Positions 1 through 11,417 of a stretch of DNA of 64,000 nt are shown one piece after another. The DNA is taken from NCBI GenBank assembly GCA_038087875.1, contig CM075991.1, forward strand, positions 5,642,001-5,706,000, given 5' to 3'. Every line of letters starts with the position of its first letter. The first letter of the stretch is position 1. A program made the position numbers and the translations under genes. The notes below the pieces were generated by a model, which saw nothing but the letters and a program-made list of their open reading frames with translations, did no database searches and was not told where the DNA came from. The DNA is from Malacoraja senta (Eukaryota).

Positions 1-659
1 TGTATACAACATCTGCAGCTCAGCACTCGTCAACCTTTTTGGTTAAGTTCACCGGCCTGTAGTTCCCAGAATTTTCCATCTTTCCTTTCTTGAGAGCTAA
101 ACTCTCCACGTGATTTCGTTTAACAGCCGCTCCGTATTCCTCACAAGTGATTCCAATATCTGCTTGGATGTGTTGATATCATTGGAAGTCAGGAAATGCA
201 TCCATTGGTTAATTAGCATCGTCGGTGACTGTTAATCCTACGAATAATAACTTCCGAGTGGCAAGATGGTGGCGTGAATCATTCCTTTCAAGGAAGACGT
301 ATGTCTAACGTTACTTCCGAAACTAAGATCCTTATTGCTTGATTTGACTAAATCACATTGTGCACCTAATGTTATTAATGTTACATATTTGAAGTTCATT
401 GTTCAGGTTAGAAATAATATTGTTCGCTGGAATAATTACATTTAAGAAACTTTTAACCTTGAGTCACAGAAATAGAGTTTTCAACATTCCCTTTTATAAA
501 ATGTGACAAAAACATTAACATTAACAGTTCGTGTAATCCCTCGAGGACCGAAATTCCTTGCGCAATGAGAAAAAACAGTTACGGTTGATGTTTGTTCAGT
601 GGGCTGTGGCTGATGTGCCAGAGGTCACGCTAATTGTCTCCGAGGAATGTCCTCTTTTC

Positions 660-665
660 TATAAA
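660..665 (+). promoter_or_regulatory. Candidate TATA box of GPCR copy 1 (paralogous sites 24913-24918 and 44794-44799)
   Basis: TATAAA about 80 nt upstream of the ATG at 742, kept in all three copies. Position is plausible, but there is no TSS data. Confidence 0.4.
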
Positions 666-741
666 TGTATGCTAAATCAATCACCAGTACAGATGGACAG
701 TTGGAAAGTTATGTGTGATTGTTCGCTGCTTCACATGGAAG

Positions 742-2686
742 ATGGAATATCCAGCAATTTACTACATAGCCGGCACTTTCTACCCTGTACTTGTGGCGGT
801 TGGTATTCCTGGTAAGATACTGGGTCGAGTACAGAAAAACTGCGCGGAAATAGGCCCTTCGATCAACCGAGTCCGCGCCAACCAGCAATCCCCGCACACT
901 GACGGCACACGCTAGGGACAATTTACAATTGTACCAAGCCAATCAGCCTACAAACCTGTGCATCTTTGGAGTGTGGGCGGATACCGGAGATCCCGGAGAA
1001 AAACCCAAGAAGATCACGGGGAGAATGTACAAACTCCGTGCAGGATCAAACCCGGGTGGTTGGCGCTGTCAGGCAGCACATTTAACGCTGCGCACCGTGC
1101 CGCCCTGCGTGCAGTTCTCCTTCCATTCTGTATCTGCTGCTCTGAAGAATAGTCGCTTTGATACCCAGCCCAGATGCTGCCTCAGCTCACGAGTGTCTTC
1201 GGAAGGTTCAGGCTTCAGCGTCTGTTTTATTTCTGGCATTTTGTTCTTATTAATGTGTGGTTCTTTTGTCAATCAGGTCAGTTAATTTAGAGCTAATGTT
1301 TACATTTTGCAGCATGTAACCATATTCAGATTGTTTCTGGCGCATATTCTTCAAGCTCTGGGTCTTATTAATACAGACTTTTCCACCAAGACTCAGCGAA
1401 TGAGGAATGTATACATGTCTGTCAACATGCCTGTTGAATTATCACAACTAGCTGAAACACCTTCCGGGTTTTCGTTCTCTGATTCATTTGCCAGTTTTGA
1501 TTTTATGACTGCGTTTCCACTTGCTACGTCTGATATGTCGGAGGAAGCAGTTCTCCCTGAGTCTAATGCTCTCTGATACAAGTTAATTTCGATTGACGCA
1601 ACGACTCGAAATGACTGAGGTGATCAGTGCGTCGTAGACTTTAGGAGGCCGACTGTAAATTGCTGCAAATTACCGACACATCTGCTTCTTCGATCAGCAC
1701 CGCTCTAAGTATTTCTCCGAACGGAAATTTAGTAAACTGGATCAGGTTTTTGCTCATTGAAACTAACGTTTTTTTTGTTTCTTGCAGTTAATTTAACGGC
1801 GATTGTGATCCTCTCCCGGGGAAAATGTGGTCTCTCCAAATGCATCACCCGTTACCTAGTGGGAATGGCAACAGCGGATCTAATGGTAGTTGTCATTGTT
1901 GCTGCCATTGAACAAGTTAATTACATATACGTTTACGCTAGTTCCTTGCTCATTGCACCGGTTTGCGCTCTGACACTAATACTAAGGGTTGTAACAATCG
2001 ACTGTTCCGTTTGGTTCACCGTCAGTTTCACTTGCGATCGTTTTATGGCGATCTGTTGTCAAAAGCTACGTGAGCGCTACAGCAGCGAGAGAGCAGCGTG
2101 CGTGGTTATGGTGGCTGTGGCTGTCGTCAGCTGCGCCCGATCGTTTCCCTTTTACTTTGCCGTGGAGTCTTCTGCCATAATTGACAATGTGCCTTGGCGT
2201 TGCGCCTTCTCAGAGGAGTACGCCACTTTGTCGGTATGGAAAGGTTATGAGTTACTTGACAGCATCTTAGCACCGTTGTTACCTATCGGTTTAATCCTGT
2301 TGTTCAATGGGTTAACTTGCAGACATATCATAGCGGCCAATAGAGTTCGCAGACGACTTCGGAACAGCCATGAGAACCAGAAGGATACAGAGGTGGAGAA
2401 CCGGAGAAAATCGATGATTTTGCTCTTCGCTGTATCAGGCAATTTCATATTATTTTCGATACCCAATGTGGTTCATTCTCTGACATGGCAAACACGTAAT
2501 TTCTTTTACACGGATAGATATTTGAGCAGCTCGGTATATATCCTGCAGCAGTTTGGATTTATGTTGCAGATTGTCAGTATGTGCACAAACACGTGTATCT
2601 ATACACTGACACAGAGGAAATTCAGGGACCAGCTGAAGAGTGGAGTGAAATATCTACTCACATTGAATGGCCGATTATGTAGTTGA
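742..2686 (+). CDS. GPR139/GPR142-like class A GPCR, copy 1, intact; exon 1 742-811, exon 2 1788-2686; 322 aa
   Basis: Exon 1 encodes MEYPAIYYIAGTFYPVLVAVGIP and ends at donor G|GTAAGA. Branch point CTAAC (1763), a polypyrimidine tract and TTGCAG| precede exon 2. The phase-1 join gives GIPVNLTAIVIL (TM1). Seven hydrophobic segments; motifs ATADL (TM2), SVWFTVSFTCDRF (TM3), ECL2 Cys, NTCIY (TM7), QRKFR (helix 8). Confidence 0.9.
828..1105 (-). mobile_element. tRNA-derived V-SINE (HE1-like) in GPCR intron
   Basis: Minus strand starts GGGCGGCACGGTGCGCAGCG with a B-box-like GGGTTTGATCC, then V-domain-like GGAGTTTGTACATTCTCCCCGTG and a CR1-like tail GAAGGGCCT. Confidence 0.75.
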
Positions 2687-2721
2687 CTTGTAACTCTGAT
2701 AGCAACTTGGATGAAATTTCA

Positions 2722-2727
2722 AATAAA
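2722..2727 (+). promoter_or_regulatory. Candidate polyadenylation signal of GPCR copy 1
   Basis: AATAAA about 35 nt after the stop codon, present in all four copies. Confidence 0.45.
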
Positions 2728-4249
2728 TGTCTAACAATGCGTACCTTCGGTAAAATACCATAAAGTCAATGCAGGCCTGCGCTTGACAACCGAGAACTCG
2801 GTATACTCACGTCACGGTATTGGTCACGTTTGGAAAGTGTGGACACATTCCACCTGTTGCAGTTGTGATGTTGCATTGGTGGAATTATATTCCAAACCAC
2901 TGGACCTTTTTTTAAAAAATATTTTATTTTATTAGAAGTAAGTACAGTCATATGGCACCAAAGTGCCTAATATATATTTGCATAATACATTTTATGTCCA
3001 TCTTCTTATTTTTTTAAAATTATAATAAAAAGAATAAGAAAAATAAATTAGATAATAAAGAATAGAAAAACGTGAGATATATAGTGTCTGAAAAAGAAAA
3101 AAATGAGAATGAAAGAAGAAAGTTGAAGAAAAGAGAATAGGAAAAAGAGAGTAAAAAATACAAATAAAAAGAAATAAGATCAATATTTATAATCTTGACC
3201 ATCCCTCACCCAGTCCTGAAACATTTAGTTTCTACAATTATGTTGCACCATATGATACCAAAAAGGCGACAAATGGAGACCAAATCGTTAAGAATTGGTC
3301 TGATTTTTCTATTAGGAGGAATCGCATTTCTTCATGATGTGCGGTGTCCAACATGCTTGTGATCCACATTTTAAGCGTTGGTATTGGTGTATTTTTCCAA
3401 AATTTAAGTATTTTTGCTATTATTAAACCATAATTAAAAAATAGATGTTGAGATAAGTTCAATTTATTCCAATCTTCCATTACTCCAAATATAATCATTT
3501 CAGTTTTAGGTTCCATTCTTATCTTGAATAATTTTGTAAATATATCAAAAAATCACTCCAAAATCTATAACGTTTTATGCAGGAAACAAAAGAGTATGTT
3601 ATAGTTGCGTTTTGGGATAGACATTTATCACAAATGGGGGATATATTTGGATGGAATTTGTTCAATCTTGTTTTTGAATAATATAATCTATGTAAAATTT
3701 TAAATTGAATTAGATTATGTCTTGCATTAATCGAACATTTGTGTATATATATCAAATACTTTTCCCATGTAACCGTCGAAATTTTTATCATTAATTCCCG
3801 TTCCCACTCTTCTCTAAGTACCGTTGTCGATGGTAAATCTATATTTAAAATACTATTATATAAATATGATATTAATTTTTGTGAGTCAGCTTTAATATTC
3901 ATTGCTTCTTCCAATAAGTCAGAAGTTACTTTTTGATATCCTTGTATGTATTTCTTCATGAAATCGCAAATCTGAATATATTTAAAATATTGGTTATTTT
4001 TCAATTTACATTTTAATTGTAATTGTTGGAATGATAATAGATTTCCCATTTCATACATATCCCCGGTCCTTTTAATTCCTAAACTTTCCCATTGGTTATA
4101 TGTTTTATCAATAACAGATTGTTTAAATAAAGGGTTATTCGCTATAGGCGTTAACAATGATACATTTCTTAATTTTAAGGATAATTTTATTTGTTTCCAA
4201 ATTCTTATTGTATCGTGTATAATTGGGATCTTCTTATATATTGTGTTGT

Positions 4250-4465
4250 TGTGGCGGCTCCCAAGGGTCGTGCCATTATACCTGTCGAAGCCCTCGGCAC
4301 GGGAGTGGTTCAGTCCGGAGGCGGCCCTTAGCCAGAGGGTTTAAAGGCAGGGGTTTGGGTACCATCTTCCTCTCGTTTGGTCTTCCCTACAGCCGGGCGG
4401 ACGTAAATAAAGATGCTTCTCAAAACACTGGACTCGGTGCTTTCCTTTGAGACACACGCACCACA
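4250..4465 (+). mobile_element. Solo LTR (216 bp) inserted in L1 ORF2
   Basis: TGTGG...CCACA termini and a 4-bp TSD TTGT (4246-4249, 4466-4469). Contains TTTAAA and AATAAA. The paralogous site near 48400 is empty. Confidence 0.85.
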
Positions 4466-6546
4466 TTGTTCAGTTTTTTCGGAGAGAAGCGGATCGTTCC
4501 TATATTACAAGGAAAACAATCCTCTTTCTCCATTCTTATCCAGTCTGTCTGTTGGGTAGAACTGTCCAACCAATAAATTATATTCTTAATATGCACTGCA
4601 CAATAATAATACAAAATATTCGGGAGTGAGAATATTAGAGTCTAATTTTTTTAAGAAGTATTTTGGTATATATAATGGTATAGACTGAAATAGGTATCAT
4701 AATTGAGGTAGAAAGATCATTTTTATAGCATTTATTCTACCTATTAATGATAAAAAAAAGTGATTTCCAAAATTTAATCAACATATTGAGTTTATTTAAT
4801 AAAGGTATAAAATTAGCGTTGAATAATGCTTTATATTTTCTCGTAATTTGAATACCCAAATATTTAATTTTTTCTGTTGCAATTTTAAAGGGGAACTTCA
4901 GTAAAATTCCTCTATTAAATGTAATACATTTGGTATGCTCGTTTGTGACTTTGTAATATATAAAAGTATATCATCTGCATATAATGAAATTTTATTACTT
5001 AAGTCCCTAGTGTTGTAGCCGTGAATATTCGGATGCATTCTTATACTTTCAGCCAAAGGCTCTATCATAAGGGCAAATAGCAGGGGTGATAACGCACATC
5101 CCTGCCTATTGCCCCTTGATAATTGAAATTTTTGAGATAACATATTATTAGTTAATATTCTTGCCATCGGGTTATCATATAATAGTTTTAACCGTGTAAT
5201 AAAATTCTCTCCCATATTAATTTTTTGCAGTACTTTATATAAGTATTGCCACTCTACCTGATCAAATGCTTTCTCTGCGTCCAGAGAAATAATTGATATA
5301 TCTTCTTCCTCCCTTTTATGTGAGTACATTATGTTAAACAGGTGTCTCAAATTATTAAATGAGTATATTTTATGTATAAACCCCGTTTGATCAGGATTTA
5401 TCAGTTTACTAATATATTTGCTTAATCTTCTTGCTAAAGTCCTTGCTAAAATTTACTGGTCTGTATTTAAAAGTGATATAGCTCTATATGAGCCCGGATC
5501 GTCTAAATCTTTATCTTTTTTGGAATAAGCGTAATAGTTGATTCTACTAATGTTTCAGGTAGTTTATTTTCTTTAAAAGCATGAGTATCTAAATTAAATA
5601 AATAAGGAGTCGTTATCTCATAATTTTTTTTAATAAAATTCATTACTTAAACCATCTGGTCCTTTTACCATTTTTCAGCGATTTTATTGTTTCACCTATT
5701 TCTTCAATTGTAATTTGAGCTCCAAGTTCCTCTTGTTCCAAAAGGACAAGTTTTGGAAGATTACAGTTATTTACAAAAAAATTAATTTTACTATCTTTTA
5801 TTTTAGTTTTAGATGCATATAAATGTTGATAAAATTGAGCAAATCTATTGTTAATATTTTAGGTAGTATTAATAATTCACCTTCCTCTGATTTAATTTTA
5901 GTTATAGTATTTTCCTTTTCTTGTTTTTTCAATTGACGAGTTAAAAGCTTATGTGGTTTGTTACCAAATGCAAAATGTTCCTGTTGTGTAATTTGGAATA
6001 GTCTTATTACTCTTGCCGATAAAATTCGATTAAGTTTAAATTTCAGTAACATTATCTTATTATGTTTATCTGTAGTGGAATCTTTGGCATTATCTAACTC
6101 TAACTGTCTAATTTCTTGTTCTAACAGCATGTGTTCTGTCTTATTCTTTTTATTTTGAAAAATTTGATATGAAATTATAATTCCTCTAATAAATGCCTTT
6201 AAAGTTTCCCATAATAAAGAAGGCGAAGTACCTGGTGTATCATTTGTCTCAAAAAAAAAATTAATTTGTTGTTTTAAGTATTGATAACCTTGTAAGTCAT
6301 TTAAAATATGTGTATTAAACCTCCAAAAACAGTTTTTACCCGGCATTCCCTCAAATTTTACTGAAAATGTCAATGGAGAGTGATCAGAAATACTACTAAT
6401 GTGGTATTTTGGATTAATTGTATATGGCATTCATTTCATATCCACTAAAAAATAATCAATTCTTGAATAAGTTTATGTACCGAAGAGTAAAACGACAATT
6501 CCCTTCCTACTGGATTAGCAGATCTCCATACATCTGTTATATTAGT

Positions 6547-6550
<4 letters not shown>

Positions 6551-6630
<80 letters not shown>
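6551..6630. repeat. (TA)40 microsatellite inside L1 ORF2
   Basis: Perfect TA run; the paralog near 50565 has only TTTTTTATATATGTATT. Confidence 0.95.
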
Positions 6631-6633
<3 letters not shown>

Positions 6634-8460
6634 GTTCACTAGTCTTAGATTTTAAATTACTCCTCCTTTGTTTTACTGATTTGTCTAAGTATGGATCTAA
6701 AACACAGTTGAAGTCCCCCACTATTATCACATTTTGGTAATTAAACTTTAATATTATATCTATAATTTTATCAAAAAATTGGGGGTTGTCAAAATTCGGA
6801 GCGTAAGTATTTATCATAGTTAGTGGGGTTGCATAAATTTCTCCCGAATCTATAATATACCTTCCCCCTTTATCTGATATAGTATTCTTTAATTTGAAAG
6901 GTATACCTTTTCGAATATGAATAGCCGTACCTCTAGATTTTGAAGTAAATGACGAATAGCATGTTTGACCTATCCACTTCGCCTTTAATCTCATTTATGT
7001 TTGTTGTTTCATGTGGGTTTCCTGTAAAAACATTATGTCGCTTTTCAAAGATTTTAGTTGAGCAAAAATTTTACCCCTCTTTATTGGTTCATTGGCACCC
7101 CTTATATTCCAACTACAGAATGTGATTCCTCCATTCTTTATTTGTCTATCGTCTTGCATTATATATCAAAATAGTATTCCTGAATCATATGGTGCAAGCA
7201 AATACCTCAGAGTTATGGGTGTTGGGTGGTCATCCCAAGTTTTTTAGATTTATATTACATCTCCTTCTTGAAAAGTACCTTAATAAAAGAGAGAAAAAAT
7301 GTGATATAAAGTTGAATACAAAAAAAATAAGCAAATACAAGTCTTTATAGTGATTTTAAAAAAAGTGATGTTAAGGTATCTAACAAAAGATACCTTAAAG
7401 GCAAGTAGCCACCTAAGGTGGCGAAACATTTATGGACTTCCGTTGATGTTGTTTTACATTGAGCTCCAATCCCTTATAAAAAGCGACAGACCGTTTCATA
7501 TCTTGTTTATTCTTATTTAAATTTATCAAACTGGCACCAGTGAAAACCGAAAAAATTCAGAAAGAGATATAAAAAATAAAAAACCAAATATAAATATAAA
7601 TATAAGTATATATGCCTTTCCAATTTATCTAACCTTAATCTAGTCTAAACTTTACCATAAATGTCCACCCAAGATTCTTACGTAATAACCCATCCTTTAA
7701 CTACCAAACAAGCAGGTACCAATGGGTTAAACCAAACCTCATTCCTGGATCTTTTCCAGGTTTATGCTGCGCCTAACTCCTTCCCACACAAGAAAAGTAG
7801 GTTAGTAATGTTATAAACATTTTGGTTAGTTACTATTTATAAGCATATATCGTTTATAAGTATATATCATTAATATTAATTCATTTCCTTTTTAAATATA
7901 TAAAATCATAATTATATACACTCCCATTATCTCCTTCCCCGTCTCATGGTTTATTCATGATTTGTTCATTTTTACTACATACATTCACGAGTAATTAGTA
8001 TTATTAAATTTGTTAAAATAATTGGTTAATTATAATTAGAATATAATGGTTAGATATTTTCTTAAATCAACAGTTTTTATATTACAATTAGTATTATCTC
8101 GTTCCATGTCCATTATACATTCCCTCATTACTTCTGTATCTTCAACGTCAATTCAACGTCAACGTCAATCTTCAACACACCACAAATGTTTTTTTTGTAG
8201 CCTCTTCCTGAACCTCCAATTGAACTTGAACTAACGTATCAATGGACTTATCAAAACTTATCAAAAGACTTGGAATCTGATGAAGAATATTCAGATGAAG
8301 ATCAGATGTAATGTAAACAAATAAATTGGGGAAATAAATGATTATATAAAGTTTTATTTTAATGTCGATCGTTTCACTGTTTATTTGGTCAAATTATTTA
8401 AACAATTAGTGAATTACTTGTGATAATGACGTGCTGGTGAATGACAGTGCGACAGTCCAA

Positions 8461-8631
8461 CCACCCATCCACACATATATACATACATGCATACATACAC
8501 ACATACACACACACATCCATCCGTACGCACACTTCCGTGCATGCACACACACACACACATACATTCACACATACATCCGCACACACACACATCCACACAT
8601 TCATCCGCACGCAGACATACATGTACACATC
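8461..8631. repeat. Degenerate CA/CATA/CATC simple repeat (continues 11290-11410; paralog about 52400-52690)
   Basis: Low-complexity tract split by the Gypsy insertion. Confidence 0.9.
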
Positions 8632-8904
8632 TGTAAAGCATCTATAACGAGGCATCGTTACTTTACTATTTTTATTCATACTGGAGCATTACATATTGCA
8701 CTAGCTGTACGTGGTCTGTCACAGGAACTAGAGAGCGATCTGTGGGTGGGGAGGTTGTAGTTATACTTGTGATATGGGGAGTGGTTAGTAGGTATGAGGT
8801 CACTATGTTAAAGGCACATGCAAATATCATCTACATCCTTCCCCTCCGAATCGACAGGCAAATACAATGGTGACAGGGCGACCACGGCTCATGCGCTAGG
8901 ATGG

Positions 8905-10176
8905 TTAAACAAAATCGCCATAGCGGACAGGCGGTTTCACAAGACGTCCCGACCGGGTTCGCGTCTCGCCATCCTCCCTTCCGGCAGGAGGAAGAGGCAC
9001 CGATGGGGACAGACGAACCTGAAAGGGGGAAACGGGAGGAGACGGAGGAGACCGCGGCACCAAACCCGGAGGTGATGCGGGATCCGGAGCGGGCAGTGCG
9101 CGGGCAGGCGAGCGAGGACTAGTCGGAGCAGGGTGGGATGGAAGGAGTTGAGGAGGTGCAGAACGTTGCATGTTAGGAAGGACGGGCAGAGCAACGCCCG
9201 GACGCGAAGCCGGCAGTGGGGGAGCAAAGGGATCCGCGGCAGGAGGACGCGGCTCGTTGACGAGCCGAAGGTGCTGGCGGGACCGTCGGTAAATGGCTCC
9301 CGCATGGTCGACGAGATAAGACCTGGGCGACCCCGCAGAGCCGACGACGGTGGCGAGCTTGGAGTGACCGGAAGTGGTCTGCATACGGACAACTTGACCG
9401 GGGAAGAGGCGCGGCAGCGGGTGGCAGGACCTGTCATGGGAACGCTTTTGGACATTGTGCCTGAAGGCAATGCGTTTCTGAACCGCCGCAGGTGGGAGGA
9501 CGGAGGGTATGAGGGAGCGCTGGGCCACCGGGAGCGGGAGCCTGGTAGCGCGAGACATGAGCCGCTGAGCAGGGGAACCCATGGCAGAGTCGCGGGAAAT
9601 GTTGCTGAGGTTGAGGAGGACCAGATGGAAGTCGGAGTTAATGCCACCACACTGTTCCAGCAGGTGCTTCGCGCTGCGGACGGCACGCTCGGCCAGACCG
9701 TTGCTTTGCGGGTACTCCGGGCTGCTGGTGAAATGGCGGAAGTTCCATCTGGAAGCGAACGCTTTAAACTCGGAGCTCGTGAACTGGCTGCCATTGTCCG
9801 ATTGCAGGCTGGCCGGGGGGCCAAAAGTGCCAAAATGAGGGTACAACCTGTCGATGATGGCCGAAGAGGTTAGGGAGCGCAGCCGGTCGACCACAAACCA
9901 GCTGGAGTAGGAGTCAACGAGAACCAGGAAGTGTTTGCCTCGCCACTCGAAAATGTCGGCGGCAAGCGCCATCCAGGGCAGTTCGGGCGCGGGCTGCTGC
10001 AGAAGCGGCTGACGCTGCTGGTGGGGGGCGAGGCTGTTGCAGGTGGAACACGAGGAGACCCTCTCCCGGATGTATTTGGCCATGTCCGACCAATAGAACT
10101 GGCTCCTGGCGAGAGACACGGTGGCTTCGGCCCCAGGATGACCGCGGTGAGCGACTTGAAAATAGTGGTCGTGCAT
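8905..10176 (-). CDS. Gypsy integrase (open, 423 aa)
   Basis: HHCC domain (HRGHPG...CSTC), DDE core (ADIF, SDNGSQF, NGLAERAV) and Mag-type tail TRSGRLVKPP. Confidence 0.85.
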   Translation of the reverse strand: MHDHYFQVAHRGHPGAEATVSLARSQFYWSDMAKYIRERVSSCSTCNSLAPHQQRQPLLQQPAPELPWMALAADIFEWRGKHFLVLVDSYSSWFVVDRLRSLTSSAIIDRLYPHFGTFGPPASLQSDNGSQFTSSEFKAFASRWNFRHFTSSPEYPQSNGLAERAVRSAKHLLEQCGGINSDFHLVLLNLSNISRDSAMGSPAQRLMSRATRLPLPVAQRSLIPSVLPPAAVQKRIAFRHNVQKRSHDRSCHPLPRLFPGQVVRMQTTSGHSKLATVVGSAGSPRSYLVDHAGAIYRRSRQHLRLVNEPRPPAADPFAPPLPASRPGVALPVLPNMQRSAPPQLLPSHPAPTSPRSPARALPAPDPASPPGLVPRSPPSPPVSPFQVRLSPSVPLPPAGREDGETRTRSGRLVKPPVRYGDFV

Positions 10177-10988
10177 CGCCGCGGAGCAGCGACAGGCTTA
10201 CCACGGGAGCGACAGGCCGCAGCAAAATGGTTCAATTTCTTGCAGATATTACACGTTTTACCCAAGGCTGGGCACACATTGTATTGATGAGTGGTGAAGT
10301 TGCAATTAGGGCACCTTTCCCGGGTACCTCCCCCGGGAGCAGTACCGAACCCCGGGGCATGTCCCCCTCGAGCAGCGAGCGACACCGGGGGCCGCGACCG
10401 GGGCGTGTTCATCAGATGACTGGGAGTGCTGGCAAAGTTAATCGCCTGTTCAGCCGGTGACACCGCTGAGGTGACAGCTTCAGCTAAGCGAGTGGCGTGC
10501 ATCGCATCGTTAAAAGTCAGATCCGGCTTGCGCAGAAGTTCGGCCCTGAGCTTATCATCGCGGAGACCGTAAACTAGAAGGTCCCTGATAATCTCCTCGG
10601 GGGTCAACGTGTGGAGGCGGCAGCGCCTGGCCAGGTGGCGCAGCGCAGAGACATAGTTCTCAGCATTTTCCCCAGGGAGCTGACGCCACGCGAACAGTTT
10701 AAAACGTTCTAAGATGCAGTTTGTTGGGATATCACAAATAGCATCAAACTTAGCCACCAGACATACCGGGTCCCGAGCTGATTGTCCAGCAGCGTAGACG
10801 AAGAAGTCAGAGCGAGTCAGGGCCTCGGGACCAGCCAAGTTGAGAAGCAGAGAGGCTTTGAGATCAGCGGTGGCGGCAGGATGAGCGATCGTGACATAGT
10901 GTTCAAAGTCACGTTTGAATACGTCCCATCGAAGGGCGATGTCTAAATCGAAAACGAGCACATCAGGCTTACGGGCAGAAGAGGCCAT
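9870..10988 (-). CDS. gag: Gypsy Gag with two CCHC knuckles; reads out of frame past the deletion junction
   Basis: MASSARKPD start; CPNCNFTTHQYNVC and CNICKKLNHFAAAC zinc knuckles. Confidence 0.8.
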   Translation of the reverse strand: MASSARKPDVLVFDLDIALRWDVFKRDFEHYVTIAHPAATADLKASLLLNLAGPEALTRSDFFVYAAGQSARDPVCLVAKFDAICDIPTNCILERFKLFAWRQLPGENAENYVSALRHLARRCRLHTLTPEEIIRDLLVYGLRDDKLRAELLRKPDLTFNDAMHATRLAEAVTSAVSPAEQAINFASTPSHLMNTPRSRPPVSLAARGGHAPGFGTAPGGGTRERCPNCNFTTHQYNVCPALGKTCNICKKLNHFAAACRSRGKPVAAPRRCTTTIFKSLTAVILGPKPPCLSPGASSIGRTWPNTSGRGSPRVPPATASPPTSSVSRFCSSPRPNCPGWRLPPTFSSGEANTSWFSLTPTPAGLWSTGCAP

Positions 10989-11417
10989 AACAAAGAAATG
11001 GGAGGGCGGGGGAAACAAAAAAACTGGGACAAAATTAAATGATAAACCGATAGACAGGAGGCGCAAGGTAAGTGGTTTGACACCATGTAAAGAATCTATA
11101 ACGAGGCATCGTTACTTTACTATCTTTATTCATACTGGAGCATTACATATTGCACTAGCTGTACGTGGTCTGTCACAGGAACTAGAGAGCGATCTGTGGG
11201 TGGGGAGGTTGTAGTTATACTTGTGATATGGGGAGTGGTTAGTAGGTATGAGGTCACTATGTTAAAGGCACATGCATATATCATCTACAACATCCATGCA
11301 CACATACATCCACACACATACATCCACACATACATCCACACATACATCCACACATCCATCCATCCACACATTCATACACACTTAAATCCAAACATCCACA
11401 GATACACTTTTGATACG

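Larger units (their letters stand above)
2906..8050 (-). mobile_element. Decayed L1 LINE (ORF2 plus inter-ORF spacer, no ORF1), unit A; 5' end approximate
   Basis: Fragmented ORFs carry an AP endonuclease (GDFN, SDH), RT (LDAEKAFD, RQGCALSP, YADD) and a C-terminal Cys motif. T-rich tail lies next to the GPCR 3' flank. Confidence 0.9.
8632..11289 (-). mobile_element. Internally deleted Ty3/Gypsy (Mag-like) LTR retrotransposon, 2658 bp
   Basis: LTRs 8632-8835 and 11086-11289 (204 bp, TG...CA, 3 mismatches). 5-bp TSD ACATC. PBS TGGTGTCA after the 5' LTR, PPT AGGGGAAGGA before the 3' LTR. Empty site near 52570. Confidence 0.95.

Noticed and set aside
558..1581. Short ORFs repeated in all three units (558-815, 929-1285, 1307-1576)
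   Set aside because: They recur only because of duplication, overlap promoter, SINE or intron, and their lengths differ between copies.
1757..1787. Single-exon GPCR starting at the ORF-track TTG (also 26071 and 45924)
   Set aside because: 1757 and 45924 lie in the intron branch point or polypyrimidine tract and 26071 is an internal GTG; the spliced upstream exon supplies the ATG and completes TM1.
6418..8760. YI-repeat and HT/CV-repeat ORFs
   Set aside because: Translations of TA and CA simple repeats.
8937..10460. Long alternative-frame and antisense ORFs over the Gypsy element
   Set aside because: By-products of GC-rich integrase/gag sequence with no recognisable motifs.
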